Shown: positions 40,355 through 53,580, counted from the first letter of the stretch. The stretch: 64,000 nucleotides of DNA from Penicillus capitatus (GCA_965649825.1 OZ287704.1:728301-792300); one strand, 5' to 3'. Translations and numbers: made by a program. The notes: generated by a model not told the origin, from the letters alone.

Positions 40355-41218
40355 ATGTCAAGCGTGCTCGATGAACTGACGCTGCTGTCAGATGGCGCCT
40401 CGGCGGCGTTGCTGGAATTCTTTGAAGAACAGTGCACAAGGCACGGAAGTGAAGAGACGCCGTCTTTTCCTGAGGACTGGAATCTGTCTCAGGTCCGCAG
40501 CCCTGCCGTTATCTGACTCGCATCTTCCGGTCAGTTTTGGTACACAGAGGAGACGGCAGATGTCGTGTGCCGTGAGGTAGAGTCCGCTCTGGCAGCGCGG
40601 AAGGATCCTCGTGTCGCCTGCATTTCATGTCCCACACTGGCGCGGCACTTTCGAAAGCGGTCCGGCTGCTCCTCCATGAAAGAAAGTATATCTGTGTGTG
40701 CTTGTTTAGGAATTCTCCTGTCAAGCAGACGTTGTTCGAATACGACAAGCGTTTTGCCTCGCTTGGAGATTTCGTGCATTTCGACTATCGCCGACAGCCT
40801 TGCGACATCGATCTCTCATGGCATCACTTTTTTGATGCCGTTATCGCCGATCCGCCTTATCTTGTAAGGACAATAGCAATGGCAGGCGCTCAAAACAGAC
40901 GCGTCCTTTGATCAGAGAGAGGAGTGTTTGGTAAAGACGTTGGATGCAGCGAAGCTCTTGCTCAAGGATGAAGGAGAATCGAGAATCTATCTCCTCACAG
41001 GTTACGTCATGATTGGTCACTCTTCTCTCTCACTCTTCATGATATTAGGCGCCGTAATGGGGGCCATTGCTTTACGAGAGGCCGGTCTGAAGCCCGTCGC
41101 CTTTCAACCGCAACACACAAACAAACTCGGAAACGATTTCCGACTCTATGTGAACGCAGAACCCTCTTCACTCGTCGGTCCACTGATCTCTGAACACGAA
41201 TGGAATGGAGGACAGTAA
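40355..41218 (+). CDS. EEF1AKMT1: eEF1A lysine methyltransferase 1 (N6AMT2)
   Basis: EDWNLSQFWY, VACISCPTL, LFEYDKRF, VIADPPYL.EEC, QPQHTNKLGNDFRLY. Four introns. Confidence 0.9.
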
Positions 41219-41453
41219 GAGAACGTCTCTACCTCAGGCAACGTTTCATACTTGTTTACACGGGTGTAACCCATCGCCCCCACACCGATGTCTGAAATGT
41301 GTTTCCAGTATCCAGGAATCGAAGAGCCTGTTTCCTCCCAGAGATGACCACCTTCAGGAGCATCTCATAGAATTGCACAACCACCATTTGCCCCTCAAAA
41401 AAAGTGTCCTTGTGTTGTTCATTTCTTCTCCTCGTTTGTATGACTGCTGCGAT

Positions 41454-42090
41454 CTACGCACCCCCCATTCCTTCCAACAGAATTCGGGAGGCCTCTTCTC
41501 GCATCTGCCACGCACAGAGAGACCATCCCATTGCATCATATACCATTGCCATGTTCATCAAACAGATACAGAGACTGGGATGCCGACGTTCCATCGTTCT
41601 CCGAATCAATGCTCGAGTCGCGAAGCACGTTAACAGAGCCTCTGTGTAATTTCCTTGCACAAAGAGCGCGAGGCCCAACCAGTCGAGAGAAGAGCTCAGT
41701 TGTGGATGATTGGAGCCCAGTCGTGTAGAGCCAATGCACAGAGCACGACGGTGCAGGATCTCGGCCTCATGCGGTTCGTTTCGAGCAATCAGCTGAATTC
41801 CCAAGTAACTCAAGAGATAGGCCACTTGCAGATTATCCGGCGTGCACAGACTGTCTCTCAAACAGGCCCAGATGCGCCGGGAGAACGTCAATGGAGGCGC
41901 TTCGACGGACGAGATGAGTTCACGCAATTCTGCTGTCACCTTGAGAGCGCACACAGATCTTGTACATAGCACCTTCGTGGGAGACCCCCTACACGCCGCG
42001 ATGCCGTCCCGGGTCTTTCAACTTTCGCAAATTCAACGAACGGGATGCTGGCGGACAGACATAGTGATCGCGTTATCTGCACCATACCGA
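41454..42090 (-). CDS. Tetratricopeptide-repeat protein (kinesin-light-chain-type TPR), 5' end uncertain
   Basis: Repeats AEILHRRAL.I....LGSNHPQLSSSLDWLG, GNYTEAL, RALIRR..HPSLCICLMNMA.VY. Confidence 0.5.
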
Positions 42091-42418
42091 AATCTTACCG
42101 ACGTCGCAGAGGGACAGGCGTCATCCACGTCGTAAACGTTGCTGCCGAAGCGTCATCCTCCTCCGAAGCGACATTGGACGGTGCATGCATACGAGAGGCA
42201 ACAGGACTGCGCAAGCACGACGCCAGAAGACAACTCTGCACTCGCGACGAGAGCCGCGTCGGTAATGAAATCGTTCACGAAAAAGGAATCCGCGCGACGT
42301 CGGTCGGAATCTTGATGAGATGAAAAGGGAAGTTACGCAAAGCGCATGTCTCTGATGCGGATCCAGATCTCGACAGAAACTCTCTTAGAATCTCAAAAGT
42401 CCGATCTGCGAAGACATG

Positions 42419-43202
42419 TCACATCAAACTCTGTTCGACCAGCTCCGCCACACGCTTTGAACTCTGTGGGTTCTGACCCGTAATCAGTTGACCGTCCTGC
42501 ACCGCATGCGGTTGCCAGTCGCCTGCACGTTCGAACAATCCGCCGAGTTCCTTCAGTTTATCTTCCAAGAGGTACGGCACATATGGCGTGTTGCCTGTCA
42601 CATCTTCTTCGGTATTGGTGAAGCCGGTAACGCGCTTTTCTCGAACAAGTGGTTCACCATTGGCGTCCTTTGCGCCCAGCAGAGCACCTGGGCCGTGACA
42701 GACGGCACTGACGATTTTGCCTTGTGCCCAGGCGTCGCTCAGCACTTTCCCAACGGAGGTATTGTCAGGCATGTCATACATGACACCCAATCCACCAGGC
42801 ACGAACACGGCATCGAAGTCGGATGCCGAGACATCTCCAACAGCCTGGCTCGATTTCAAAGCAGCGACGGCCGTTTCTGCAATGCGACGTTTGAAAGATG
42901 TGTTTACTGAACAAACGCACCGTCTTGAAGGAAACGCTCGACGTCGGCAGTCTTGAACCCTTCGGCGAGACTCCCCGGGTCGATCGGTATCTCTCCTCCC
43001 TTCACTGACGACAGCACAACGTCGAAGCCTTTGTCGACAAAGTGATTGTACGGAGCCGCGATTTCTTCATACCTGACACCGTAAAGTGTAAAGAGTGGGA
43101 TAAGAGTGAGATTCCTAGATTCCTGTACCAAACGCCTGTTGGTTGATCCCATTCGCCTTTGCGGTCGGACGATGTCGCAACGAAGAGAATCTTCTTAGAC
43201 AT
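42419..43202 (-). CDS. DJ-1/PfpI family protein (Hsp31 / glyoxalase III-like)
   Basis: ILFVATS..TGVWYEEIAAPY, FDAVFVPGGLG.MYD, VSAVCHGP, GQLITGQNPQSS. Two introns. Confidence 0.9.
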
Positions 43203-43263
43203 TTAGAACGAGCGACACGGTACAATTGGAACGCATTGACGGTGACGTTACTTGCCATTAAAG

Positions 43264-46200
43264 ATGGACGACTTCGACGAAGAGGCGAGCGTCTATTCGC
43301 ACAAGCGCGAACGGACAAGGCGACCCACATCGACACGAAGCGCCTCCCGTCGACGACTCGAGCCAGCAGGTATTGCCCTCTCGCCGAAAAAGAAGTCCGA
43401 TCTCACATGCGTTTGTACGTATGGATGCGTCTACGTGTCCAGAGCTGAACTCGAATGATCAAGAAGGCCGTTCGAAGGCGGCATACAACTGGGTGGTCAA
43501 AGGAGAAGCCACAGCGCCGCGACGCAAAGTGCAGGTACGCGAAACGCATTCATTCGCGTTCGCTACAGTGTAACGGTTCAGGGCTACGACTTGAAGATTC
43601 CGGCCGACGGAGGCCATGCAGGACAGCTGCTCAGAGTCAAGCTCATTCACTTCATGTGCCACGATCACTTCGAGATCTACTTTGGGTATGTCTCCCACGT
43701 TCCGATTGCGCCGAGAGGTGTCCCATAGGAAACATGTGAATTTCGTTTCTGGCAAGAACGGATCAGGGAAATCGGCGATCTTGCAGGCCATCCAAGTCTG
43801 CTTTGGCTCCAAAGCATTTGACACCGGTCGTGGAAAGAACATCAATGGCTTCATCAAGACGGTGGGCATCATGCGAGGAAAGGGACAACGATGCATGGTT
43901 GCTGGTTGGGGTGTCTAGGGGAAGAGCTATGCCAAGGCGTCCGTTAGCCTGTGGAATACAGGCAGCAATGCATATCGACCAGAAGATTACGGACGGGTCA
44001 TTACAATAGAAAGATCGTTTGCCCAAGGAAGCAGTCGTTACTCGCTAATCAGCGAAAAGGGCTACTGTCTTTCAAACAAGAAACACGATCTGGATGAGAT
44101 GATTGTGGCGTTCGGAATTTTGTGCAAGAATCCAATGGTGATTCTCACTCAAGTGCGACCAATAATTGACATGGGTGCTGTACAAGAGGGTGGATGCTGC
44201 ATCTAGGGAGCTGCCAGTTCTTTTCTGAGAGGACGGAAACTGGCAACCGATCTGTACTGTCTCTATATGAAGGCAACGGAATTCGAGGAAGCAGCTGAGG
44301 AACATAACGAATCGAGCAAACAGATTCAGAACCAGAAACAACACATCGAATCTGTCGAGGAAATGCTAATGGTCGTGCACTTCCTTGGATTTGTGCATTC
44401 TTTGAAGGCGTGTTTAGGAACTGCATCACGAACGGATGGATCTGTCCGCGAGATTGGAGCGTGCTCACGAACAGAGAACAGCAGTCGAATGCCTGGAACA
44501 CGCCCAGAAAGTCAGCGGATTTCTCGAAGTCCGTCACACATCGCCTTTGGTGCCTCATAGCTTTCCGTCGATGGCAACAGGTTAAGGAGCGAGAGAGGGA
44601 GGTGGTCGAACAAGAGGCCAACATCAAAGAAGAGACAGCAGCTGTGGCGGCGCTGACAGAAGATCTAAATGCGAAGAAACGTGAAGTAGACAAAGCGAAT
44701 ACAGAAAAGCAATCCTTCGTGCGTTCGTCTAAATAAATAACCCTGGCGCAGCCGATCTGTTTCTGTCTGTATTAGGATGCCGAGAGCCAGGCTGCCGCGA
44801 TCCGGGCAATGCTTGACCGCCTCCGAAGAGAAGAACACGAACTCAAGGAACAGAAAAGGTGATGATCCTTCTGCCTGAAGGCTTTCCAGTTTCCGAGATG
44901 CATCTCCAGAGCGGCCGAGAAAGCGTGTCGAGATCCCAAGAAACGTATCGTCGATTTAGAGAAGGAGGTTCAAGAGTTGAAGCGTAAAAAGAGTGAGAAG
45001 GAGACAAATCTGGAGGCATTGAGAAATGATGACGGAGAGGAAGTCCGAGTGAGCGGCATCCCATGGTCGATCGGCACACCATCCATGGTTCTGTGCTGGC
45101 CAGGCGGCAAGGGCGGAATTTGCAGCTGCAGTGGCAGCACGAGAGGAATGCGTGCAGAAACTGACATCCGACATCGAACACCGTCGTCAGGAGATAAGGT
45201 TTGTCAAGAAGTCAATGGCGTTGTCGCGTATCTGTTGCTTGCCTGGTATGCAGCAAGATGCGTGAGAATATTGCCGACCATGAAAAGAAGCTCAAGAGAC
45301 TGGTGGACACCTGTGATGAACACAAAGCAGATGTTCGTCACAGATTTGACAGCCAACGGTCCTTTCTCACACAGATGTGTTTTGCAGATTCGCCGTCTGG
45401 AGAGCAGTCTCAATGAGCTTCGCCGTACGCAGCGCGATCCGCTGTCCATGTTTGGCGGCGAGGCGATCCGACGACTTCTAGCTGCGATACAAGGAATGAA
45501 GGTTCACACACTGCCGACCTAAGCGATCTCTCATTTTTCTGTCATTAAGGACCGTTTTGAGCACGAGCCCATTGGCCCTGTTGGACGGTACCTATCGGTG
45601 AGGGATGACAGATGGAGTGTCTCAATTGAGTTTGCCATCGGTCATCTGTTCAACACCTTCATCGTTCACAGTTTCCAAGATGAAGAGACACTTCGGGTAC
45701 CTCTCTTGCAACAATGTGCCCATCCGACATGCTCTTCCTGCAGACGATCTGTCACCGAGTGGATTCCCGAATCCGTCTCCACATCGTGGTCTATCCGTTC
45801 GATCGTGCCCCTTACAATATCGGCACCTATGACAATCCTCCGCATCTGACGATTCTCAGGGTCTGAGACATACGACGCACGTTTTTTGGGCTAATGGGGC
45901 ATTTTTTGGTGCAGATCCTGCAGTTGGTCGATTTCCAGTTTCGGCATGTCATTCGCAATATCTTGATCGATTACGGAGGAGCAGAGCGGATCGTTTTGGC
46001 TGACAGCGAAGATAACGCTTTTCAGATCTTGCAAGAGAAAACAGATGGCTTTGTGCCCAATTCTGTTCGATTACCAACCGGCAGAAAAGTGTACATGAGT
46101 CGCAATTCGAAAGTGGAAAACGATCATCGAATACGGATCGATGTGGAGAGACGATGGTATGTAGGCCTCAGTGCATGATGGGAGAAAACTGCATCCGCGT

Positions 46201-47930
46201 CTTGTAAAGGACATCACACAACAGATCAGCCGATTGGCCCAGGAACTGGAAGTCAGAAAAGAAACATTCGCAGCAAAGCAGGTGCCTTTATCATACTGTC
46301 TTTCAAGATGACTGGAATGCCATGTTACGATTTGTGGTTTAGAGTGAGAGGCAAGAAAGTGAGCAGATATTCCGAGACCTGTCAAAAGAGCATGATAAGG
46401 CAGAATCTGAGCTCTTTTCTGTGAGCATACCTTTCACGGAGAGACTCCATCGAGAGAGGCTTTGATGTGACAGATCCAACAGGCACACAACCTTGAGCAT
46501 ATCGAATTACAACAGCTGAAGGAACGTGGGCCGTCTTTGCCTGCCTATGCTGCTTTCGATATCGAAAGCCTCGTCGAAGAAATTGCCAAGATCGAGACCG
46601 CCATCCAAGACGTCCAACGAAGAGCAAGTGCCGTTCCCCACTGTCCTCCCTTTGACGAGAGATTCCGCAGATCGATGAGGTGGAGAAGGAACTGAAGTTC
46701 AAGGAGCAGCAGGTGACATCGACAGATGAACGCATCGCCACACATCGGACAGAATTCCACAGCAAGAAGAAGGACGCGGATGCCTTGAGTGTCCAGATGA
46801 ACCGCATCCTCTCCCGCTGCCATTCAGCAACCACTGCTTTCGAACGTGCCCAAGTGCTGGTGACACAGAAGGAGAATAAGCTCAAGCAGTTGGTCGAAGA
46901 TAGCGATGCCATGATGCAAAAGGTCACAGAGCTACAGAGCAAAGCAATGGACCAGTGCAGCGAAGAACAGTTCCAACAGTCGATGCTCTATATCGACGCA
47001 CAGAGAGTGGGGGAACCGGATGCGAACAGGCCATTGACGACGGAGAGGTTGCAGTCGTGGGTGGTCGATCTGAATAGAAGGATTCGCAATTTCCGCTTGC
47101 ACTCCAACGATGACTACGATGACCTACAGGTCCAGCCACCCTTCTGCTGAACCACGATGCCATTCTCTGATCGTTACAGGATCAGTATGCCGACATATCA
47201 ACGCACATCGATAGCAAAACAACAGCCGTTCAGGGTCTCAAGCAGCTTTGCGAGGAATCGGAGATAGGGCTGAAGAAACGCAGCCAATTGTACAGAAAGA
47301 ATCAGAAAAGAATGGACACCATGATCAACGCACACTTCAACAGGTACCATCTCCATCTGTCGCTTCTGCAGGTCTAAATCGCCGCCAAAGGTACATGAAG
47401 AAGCGTGCTCACCACGGCAACCTCAAACCGAACCACAAGGAACAGATCGTCGATATCCATGTCTCTCTATCTGTGGTTGGTATGGGATGGCATCTGTCTG
47501 GTGCGTGCAGGTGAAATTGGCGAACCAAGACGAGGACGTATGTGATATGGCATCGCTCTCGGGTGGAGAACGTTCGTTCACAACCGTCTCCCTGTTGTTG
47601 GCACTAGGTATGGCATTTCTGCCTGTCCCTTCTCATCTGTCTTTCGTGTTCTTAGCGTCTGTTGTGAATTCTCCCTTTCATTGCATGGATGAATTCGATG
47701 TCTTCACAGATGCCATCACGAAACATTGTGCCATTCAAGCGCTGTTGGAAACGGCGGCGTATGAGAAAACGGAATCGCAGTTCGTCTTCTTCAGTCCACA
47801 AGATGTTGGAACGGTGGAAGATGTACTGAGAGAGATCAATAAAAAGAATGCATCGAATTCCGATCAGCTTCCGATTCCCTCAGATTTCGTTATGATCTAT
47901 CGCATGGCTGCACCACTACGTACTGAATAA
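43264..47930 (+). CDS. SMC6: Structural maintenance of chromosomes protein 6
   Basis: LIHFMCH, NFVSGKNGSGKSAIL (Walker A), hinge EPIGPVG, SLSGGERSFTTV, FHCMDEFDVFTD. About 20 short introns, one GC-AG (46624-46670). Confidence 0.9.
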
Positions 47931-48054
47931 AGAGCATGAGAAAAGATATCTGCACGGCGTAAGGTCTGTGCAGGGGTGAGATGTGACATCGTGAAAAGGA
48001 CCCTTTATATTCATCAAGCATTCCGATTTCGCATCCGCCGCCGTTCGGTCATCC

Positions 48055-48070
48055 TTCGTTCGTTCGTTCG
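48055..48070 (+). repeat. (TTCG)4 upstream of the RPS2 ATG
   Basis: ttcgttcgttcgttcg ends about 19 nt before ATG 48090. Confidence 0.9.
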
Positions 48071-48089
48071 CGTCCTATAGATCTCTCTC

Positions 48090-49076
48090 ATGGCAGAACG
48101 TGGAGGTTTTGGTGGAGGATTCGGTGGTCGCCGTGGACGTGGCGATCGAGGACGTGGTCGAGGAAGAAGTCGTGGACGTAAGGACGAAAAAAGCGAGTGG
48201 GTCCCGCTCACAAAACTCGGCCGTCTCGTCCAACAGGTCTTTCCCCGCGCAACGCCGCCATCAGGACACACCACGGTTGCTTCAGGGTCACATCAAGAAC
48301 TTGGAGCAGATCTATCTCTTCTCCCTTCCCGTCAAGGAATTCCAAATCATCGATCACTTTCTGGGTGAATCTGCGCTGAAAGATGAGGTTCTGAAAATTA
48401 TGCCGGTGCAAAAACAGACACGTGCAGGACAGCGAACACGATTCAAAGTGAGGCGCGACGCAAATCTGGCGGCATAGGATGACACAGAATGCCCCTGTCT
48501 GATTCCTCAATGATGTCACTCATTATGTCACTCTTTTCTGATGCCGATCTCCGAAGCGCACACCGAGTGAGATAACGTCTGTCTCAGGCCTTTGTGGTGG
48601 TGGGTGATATGAATGGGCACGTTGGATTGGGAGTGAAATGCGCCAAGGAGGTGGCGACTGCCATCCGTGGTGCCATCATTGCCGCCAAGATGTCGGTGAT
48701 CCCCGTTCGTCGTGGTTACTGGGGAAACAACATCGGCAATCCACATACCGTCCCTGTCAAAGTCACCGGACACTGTGGATCGGTGGCCGTACGGCTGATT
48801 CCTGCCCCCAGAGGTGCCGGTATCGTGGCTGCTCGTGTGCCCAAGAAGGTTCTGGAGTTTGCTGGCATCGACGATTGCTATACATCATCGAACGGTCACA
48901 CCAGAACGCTGGGAAATTTTGTGAAAGCGACGTTTGATGCTCTCCGACAGACATACGGTTTCTTGTCGCCTGAGTTGTGGCGCGAGACGACTTTCACAAA
49001 ATCCCCAATCCAAGAGTTTACAGATGCTCTGTCAATTGCCCCCAATTTGGCAGCTAAGAAAGCAGCAGACTTCTGA
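48090..49076 (+). CDS. RPS2: 40S ribosomal protein S2 (uS5)
   Basis: RGG-rich N-terminus, [54 protein letters not shown]. Two introns (second at 48448-48587). Confidence 0.97.
48471..48545 (+). ncRNA. Candidate intronic box C/D snoRNA in RPS2 intron 2
   Basis: The 140-nt intron is about 2.7x the local norm. It has a GGCA...TGCC terminal stem, C-like AGGATGA (48476), D' CTGA (48499), C' ATGATG (48510) and D CTGA (48538). No rRNA target recognised. Confidence 0.45.
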
Positions 49077-49516
49077 GTTGAGGAGGCAAACATGCGTCGT
49101 TTTCTGTAACCTCATGCCTTGGTTTAAAATTCTGTTAGATGATAAATCAATGTTACCCCGCCGTCCAGTACACAACTTCATTCAACAACAATACAGTCGG
49201 TGTCAATACACGCATCAAGGTCAAAGCCTACACGCATCAAGGTAACATGCACTTCGACAGATGTCGGTTGCCCTTCATTAAATGATATAAAAAGTCAGAG
49301 ACATTGTGACAAATAGGGGGTCGTCGTGACTTAGAACGGTGGTTGTTTGTTGCTGATTGAGACATCCAGATAGTCCTGTAGAGCACAGAGAATGCCTCGT
49401 GCACACTTGAGTCGTTCTATGTTGATATTGCAACAAACGGAAAAGAAAACCGGCCCATTGGATTAAGAAAATGCGTCGAAAGAGGAGAAGCGATGCTGAC
49501 ATCCATCCGTGTCGAT

Positions 49517-50692
49517 TTAGCTGAGTTCCGTCGTGAGCTCGTTATCGATAAACTCATCGATGAGTGAATCGGGGAACTCGACGTTCATTGGATCGGCACC
49601 CAATCGGACGCTCTGGATGATCTCTTTGATCTCCTTCTCACTCTGACGTTTCTCAACCTGTCACATCATGCTCACTCTATGGCATTGAGATTCCGAGGCG
49701 GATGTCGCACCTGCTGCATCATGTCGGAATCGGATCTGAGAAGCTGATCATTCATTTGGAGTGCAGCAGTTGGCAGACGTTTTTTGAACCATGGATGATT
49801 GATGATCTGTTCGATCGAAAAACGGTTATGCACACGGGAAAGGCATCCCTTGATCAAATCCACGGCACCCACGGAGAGGAAACTGGGCAGACGATAGTTG
49901 AGTTCCCGAACACGTGACCGGACGATCTCTTGGTAACGGGGATCGCCAGCCGGAACATCCCGAGGAGAAAACGGATACTCGCCAACAAGCATCACATACA
50001 AGACGACCCCACATGACCACAGATCGTATTTCTGAGCTTCGTATTTCATACGGTCCACATTGTTAATCACCTCAGGTGCCATGTAGTCGAGCGATCCCAC
50101 CATCGATCTGCACAAACGAACATCTCACCAACTGCCCATGCACAATGCACCATCATGACGTCGGATCCGATTGGACAGCTTCCATGCAGGAGTAGCCAAA
50201 ATCGCAGAGCTTGAGCAGGGGACACTTTGAACGACCATCATGATACTGCAACAGAAGATTCTCGCATTTGATGTCCCTTGATGCCACGCCTCTCTTGTGA
50301 CAGTAATCCACTGCCAAGATGAGTTGCTGAAACATCGTTCGTGCATCGTTTTCTGTCAGACGGCCCCGACTTGCCACAAAATCGAATAGGTCTCCACCGT
50401 TGGCATGCTCCATGACAATAACCAAATACCCAGGAACGGCAAAACATTTTTTGTATTCGATAATATGTGGATGGTGCAGTGCTCGGTGATTGAGAACTTC
50501 GCGTTCGAGGTTGCGCATCTTGGCGCCACCTGTGACAAATTTGAGTGCCACGTGTCGACATTTGGCTGCGTCCAATGCTTCGGCGACCGTGCCGAAACTT
50601 CCATTCCCAAGCACTCTCACTAACTGGTAGCGCGGCTGTGAGCGCAAAAGGTAACTAACTTTTTTGTGTTCGAGTTTTCTCCCGCCTGTCAT
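49517..50692 (-). CDS. SnRK2-like kinase, tandem copy A
   Basis: LGNGSFG, EREVLNHRALHHPHII, VASRDIKCEN, LCDFGYS, SMVGSLDYMAPEV, SnRK2-box-like QSEKEIKEII. Two introns. Confidence 0.85.
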
Positions 50693-51119
50693 TTCGCTCT
50701 GGCTACAAGACACCGACAACGGCGAAGATTATCGTTATGCACAGCTGAGTTGGCGGATTTGATAATACGAAGCGAATGAGAAGGCTGATGAGGCAAAGAA
50801 ACGAAGAACGGTTGAGGTGACGTTCGATTATTCTCTCGACAGGGAATGGATCAGCGTCTGCAAGTTGACCTCACTCTTTTGCTCTCTCTCACTCATCGGG
50901 AATTGGACAGAGATGCCAAAAGCAGTCATCCTCTTCATTATCATCAATAACAACAAGAAAGTAGACTGTACTTAAACACAACACTCAAGCCACGAGATGC
51001 AGGCAGACCAGTAAAGCAGCAAAACAACCGGTATAGAGGTAGAGACGGCGTTAAAAGTTAATCTCTTTCGTCCGTTACGAAAAAGCAGATCCACGCGTCA
51101 CACTTTGGAACAGCGACAG

Positions 51120-52247
51120 TCATTCTTTTTTGTTGAGCTCATCCGACAACGTCTCTTTGATCCAGCTCTCCGTGAGTGGTCGGGAGAAGGGTTTGGATGG
51201 CTGGTTTTCGGAACGGGCTCTGTTGAGAATGGCCAGAACTTTTTCCTTGCTTTGGTAGCGCTCCACACGTGCCATCGTCTGAGAATCGAGTTTCATGATA
51301 TCGTCGTTCATCACCTTTGCTTCGGGGGGAAACTCGACGAGAAACCAGGGGTCTTCAAGGATTCCTTGAATAGAGATCCGATCTCTGGCAGAACAGAGGC
51401 ATTTCTTGATCAAATGACGCGCTTCGCGTGGCACGAATGACGGGAACTTGTAGTTCAGAGAGCAAATGCGCCGTCTCAGGGCGTCAATAAATTCGGCACT
51501 GCGGCGGTCCATGTCAACGGGCGAAAAGGGATACTGACCCACGAGCATGATGTACAAGACGACGCCGCAAGACCAGATGTCGGCTTTGACAGGATCATAG
51601 GTCTGCATGTTTTGGTTAGCAATCACTTCCGGTGCCATGTAATCCGAAGATCCCACCATCGATCTGCACAGACCGCCGCCAATTAGAGAACAGAGAGAGC
51701 AAACATGTAAGGCGGCGTACTGAGGGTCACTTTGAGCATTTTCGTCGTGAGAGTAACCAAAATCGCAGAGTTTTACGATCGGTGTGTTGCAGCCGTGGTT
51801 CAGAAGAATGTTCTCACACTTTATATCGCGAGAAGAGACGCCTTTGCGGTGGCAGTAATCGACGGCAATGATGAGTTGCTGAAAAATCCATCGAGCCATG
51901 TTGCAATTCAGTCGTCTGCAGCGCTTCACGAGCTCAAAGAGACTGCGCCCGTCTGCATACTCCATCACGATGGCGAGATAGCCAGGCACAGCAAAGAGCT
52001 CGTGGAGTTCGATGACGTGAGGATGGTGGAGCAAACGGTGGTTCATGATTTCGCGTTCGGGATATTTCTTCTGTGTCAGAAGCGACCGTATAAACTTGAT
52101 TCCCACTTTGCGTCGCGTCTTTAGGTCTTCCGCCAAAACCACCATTCCAAACGCACCGCTGCCAAGAATACTGACAGCATGATAACGCGACTGGTGTTTC
52201 AGAATGTCGCGGACGCGATGCAAATCGACGGAGATTGCTTCCGACAT
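51120..52247 (-). CDS. SnRK2-like kinase, tandem copy B
   Basis: LGSGAFG, EREIMNHRLLHHPHVI, VSSRDIKCEN, LCDFGYS, SMVGSSDYMAPEV, QSKEKVLAIL. One in-frame 57-nt intron is read through by the ORF track. Confidence 0.85.
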   Translation of the reverse strand: MSEAISVDLHRVRDILKHQSRYHAVSILGSGAFGMVVLAEDLKTRRKVGIKFIRSLLTQKKYPEREIMNHRLLHHPHVIELHELFAVPGYLAIVMEYADGRSLFELVKRCRRLNCNMARWIFQQLIIAVDYCHRKGVSSRDIKCENILLNHGCNTPIVKLCDFGYSHDENAQSDPQYAALHVCSLCSLIGGGLCRSMVGSSDYMAPEVIANQNMQTYDPVKADIWSCGVVLYIMLVGQYPFSPVDMDRRSAEFIDALRRRICSLNYKFPSFVPREARHLIKKCLCSARDRISIQGILEDPWFLVEFPPEAKVMNDDIMKLDSQTMARVERYQSKEKVLAILNRARSENQPSKPFSRPLTESWIKETLSDELNKKE

Positions 52248-52398
52248 CTTCTCCGAAGACTGTTTTGTGGAGTTAATACACTAAACGCAAGGCACCACCG
52301 TGCTTCGTATGATGATGAAATGTTACAACCGTTCGCTCAAAAGGACGATGCATAAACTGTCGTCAATGGACACGTGATGCATACACATTAAACAGCGT

Positions 52399-53580
52399 TT
52401 ACAGTCCTTCAGTGGCAGTGTCGGTGTGAACAGACGATGATTGCTCATTCTTAGAATACTTTCGAAAGTCTTCGTCGATTTCTTCATCGATCACACTGTC
52501 GGGTACACAGTCACGTTGTCGCTTCACCTTGTCAAACCACCCGGCTCTCATGATTTCATTTTCGACCTCCTCATCTGTCTGCCAATCGGTGCCCGGAGGT
52601 ATGCAGTTACGTTTCTTTTCTTCCTCTATCAGCTCGTCGTTCATTGTCTGAGCGCCGTCTGGAAAATTGCGACCGAACCAAGGATGCTGTATAATCTGAT
52701 GGATGGAGAATCTCTCGTCTGGTAAGGTTAGAATGGAACTGATTAAACTGTGCGCTTCGCCTGATAGGTGTTCAGGAATTTTATAATCCAGAGCGGCCAC
52801 TTTTTTTCTTATGGAGGCACGGCCGGCGACATTCGTCCGGGGAACATGTTTACGGGTAAACGGATAATGTCCAGCGAGCATCACGTAGAGTACGACTCCA
52901 CATGACCAAATATCTGCCTTCATCGCATCATAGTGTGAGGCATCGTCTTTGCTCATCACTTCAGGCGCCATGTAATCCACAGAACCAACCACAGACCTGC
53001 GACACCATCACGCTTGTCAGACATAGGCATTGGACCCAATGGGTCAGTTGATGACATACCTCGCTCCTTCTCTCGGGGATGTCGATTTAGAATAGCCGAA
53101 ATCTGACAGTTTCACGATTGGTAGTCGGTGCCCTCTTATCAACAGAACGTTCTCACACTTGATATCCCTGGAGGCAATGCCTTTGCGATGACAGTAGTCC
53201 ACGGCAAGTATCAGCTGCTGGAATATCCATCGAGCCAGTGGCTCACTGAGTCTTCGATTCATCTTGACTAGACGAAAGAGACTCGACCCGTCGGCGTACT
53301 CCATCACAATAGCTAAATGACCGCCCACTTCCAACACCCGGTGAAATCCAATAACATGAGGGTGCCGCAGGATGCGATGATTCTGAACCTCGCTGCAGAG
53401 GTAATCGTGCATTTTGGAGGCGTGCACAAACTTGATCGCCACGACTTCTTTGGTGCGAGTATCGTTCGCCTTGACGACTGTGCCGAAGCTGCCGCGTCCA
53501 ATTATCTGTTCGACTTCGTATGGCAGTTTTTTCCGGGACAACTGTGTCCGGACGATGGATAGATTCAAGTCATACTCCAT
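52399..53580 (-). CDS. SnRK2-like kinase, tandem copy C
   Basis: IGRGSFG, SEVQNHRILRHPHVI, IASRDIKCEN, LSDFGYS, SVVGSVDYMAPEV, QTDEEVENEI. Its intron is at the same position as in copies A and B. Confidence 0.85.

Noticed and set aside
49207-49243. 15-bp direct repeat TACACGCATCAAGGT x2 downstream of RPS2
   Set aside because: Only two copies with a 7-nt spacer. It is not a CRISPR array or a clear target-site duplication, most likely local slippage.
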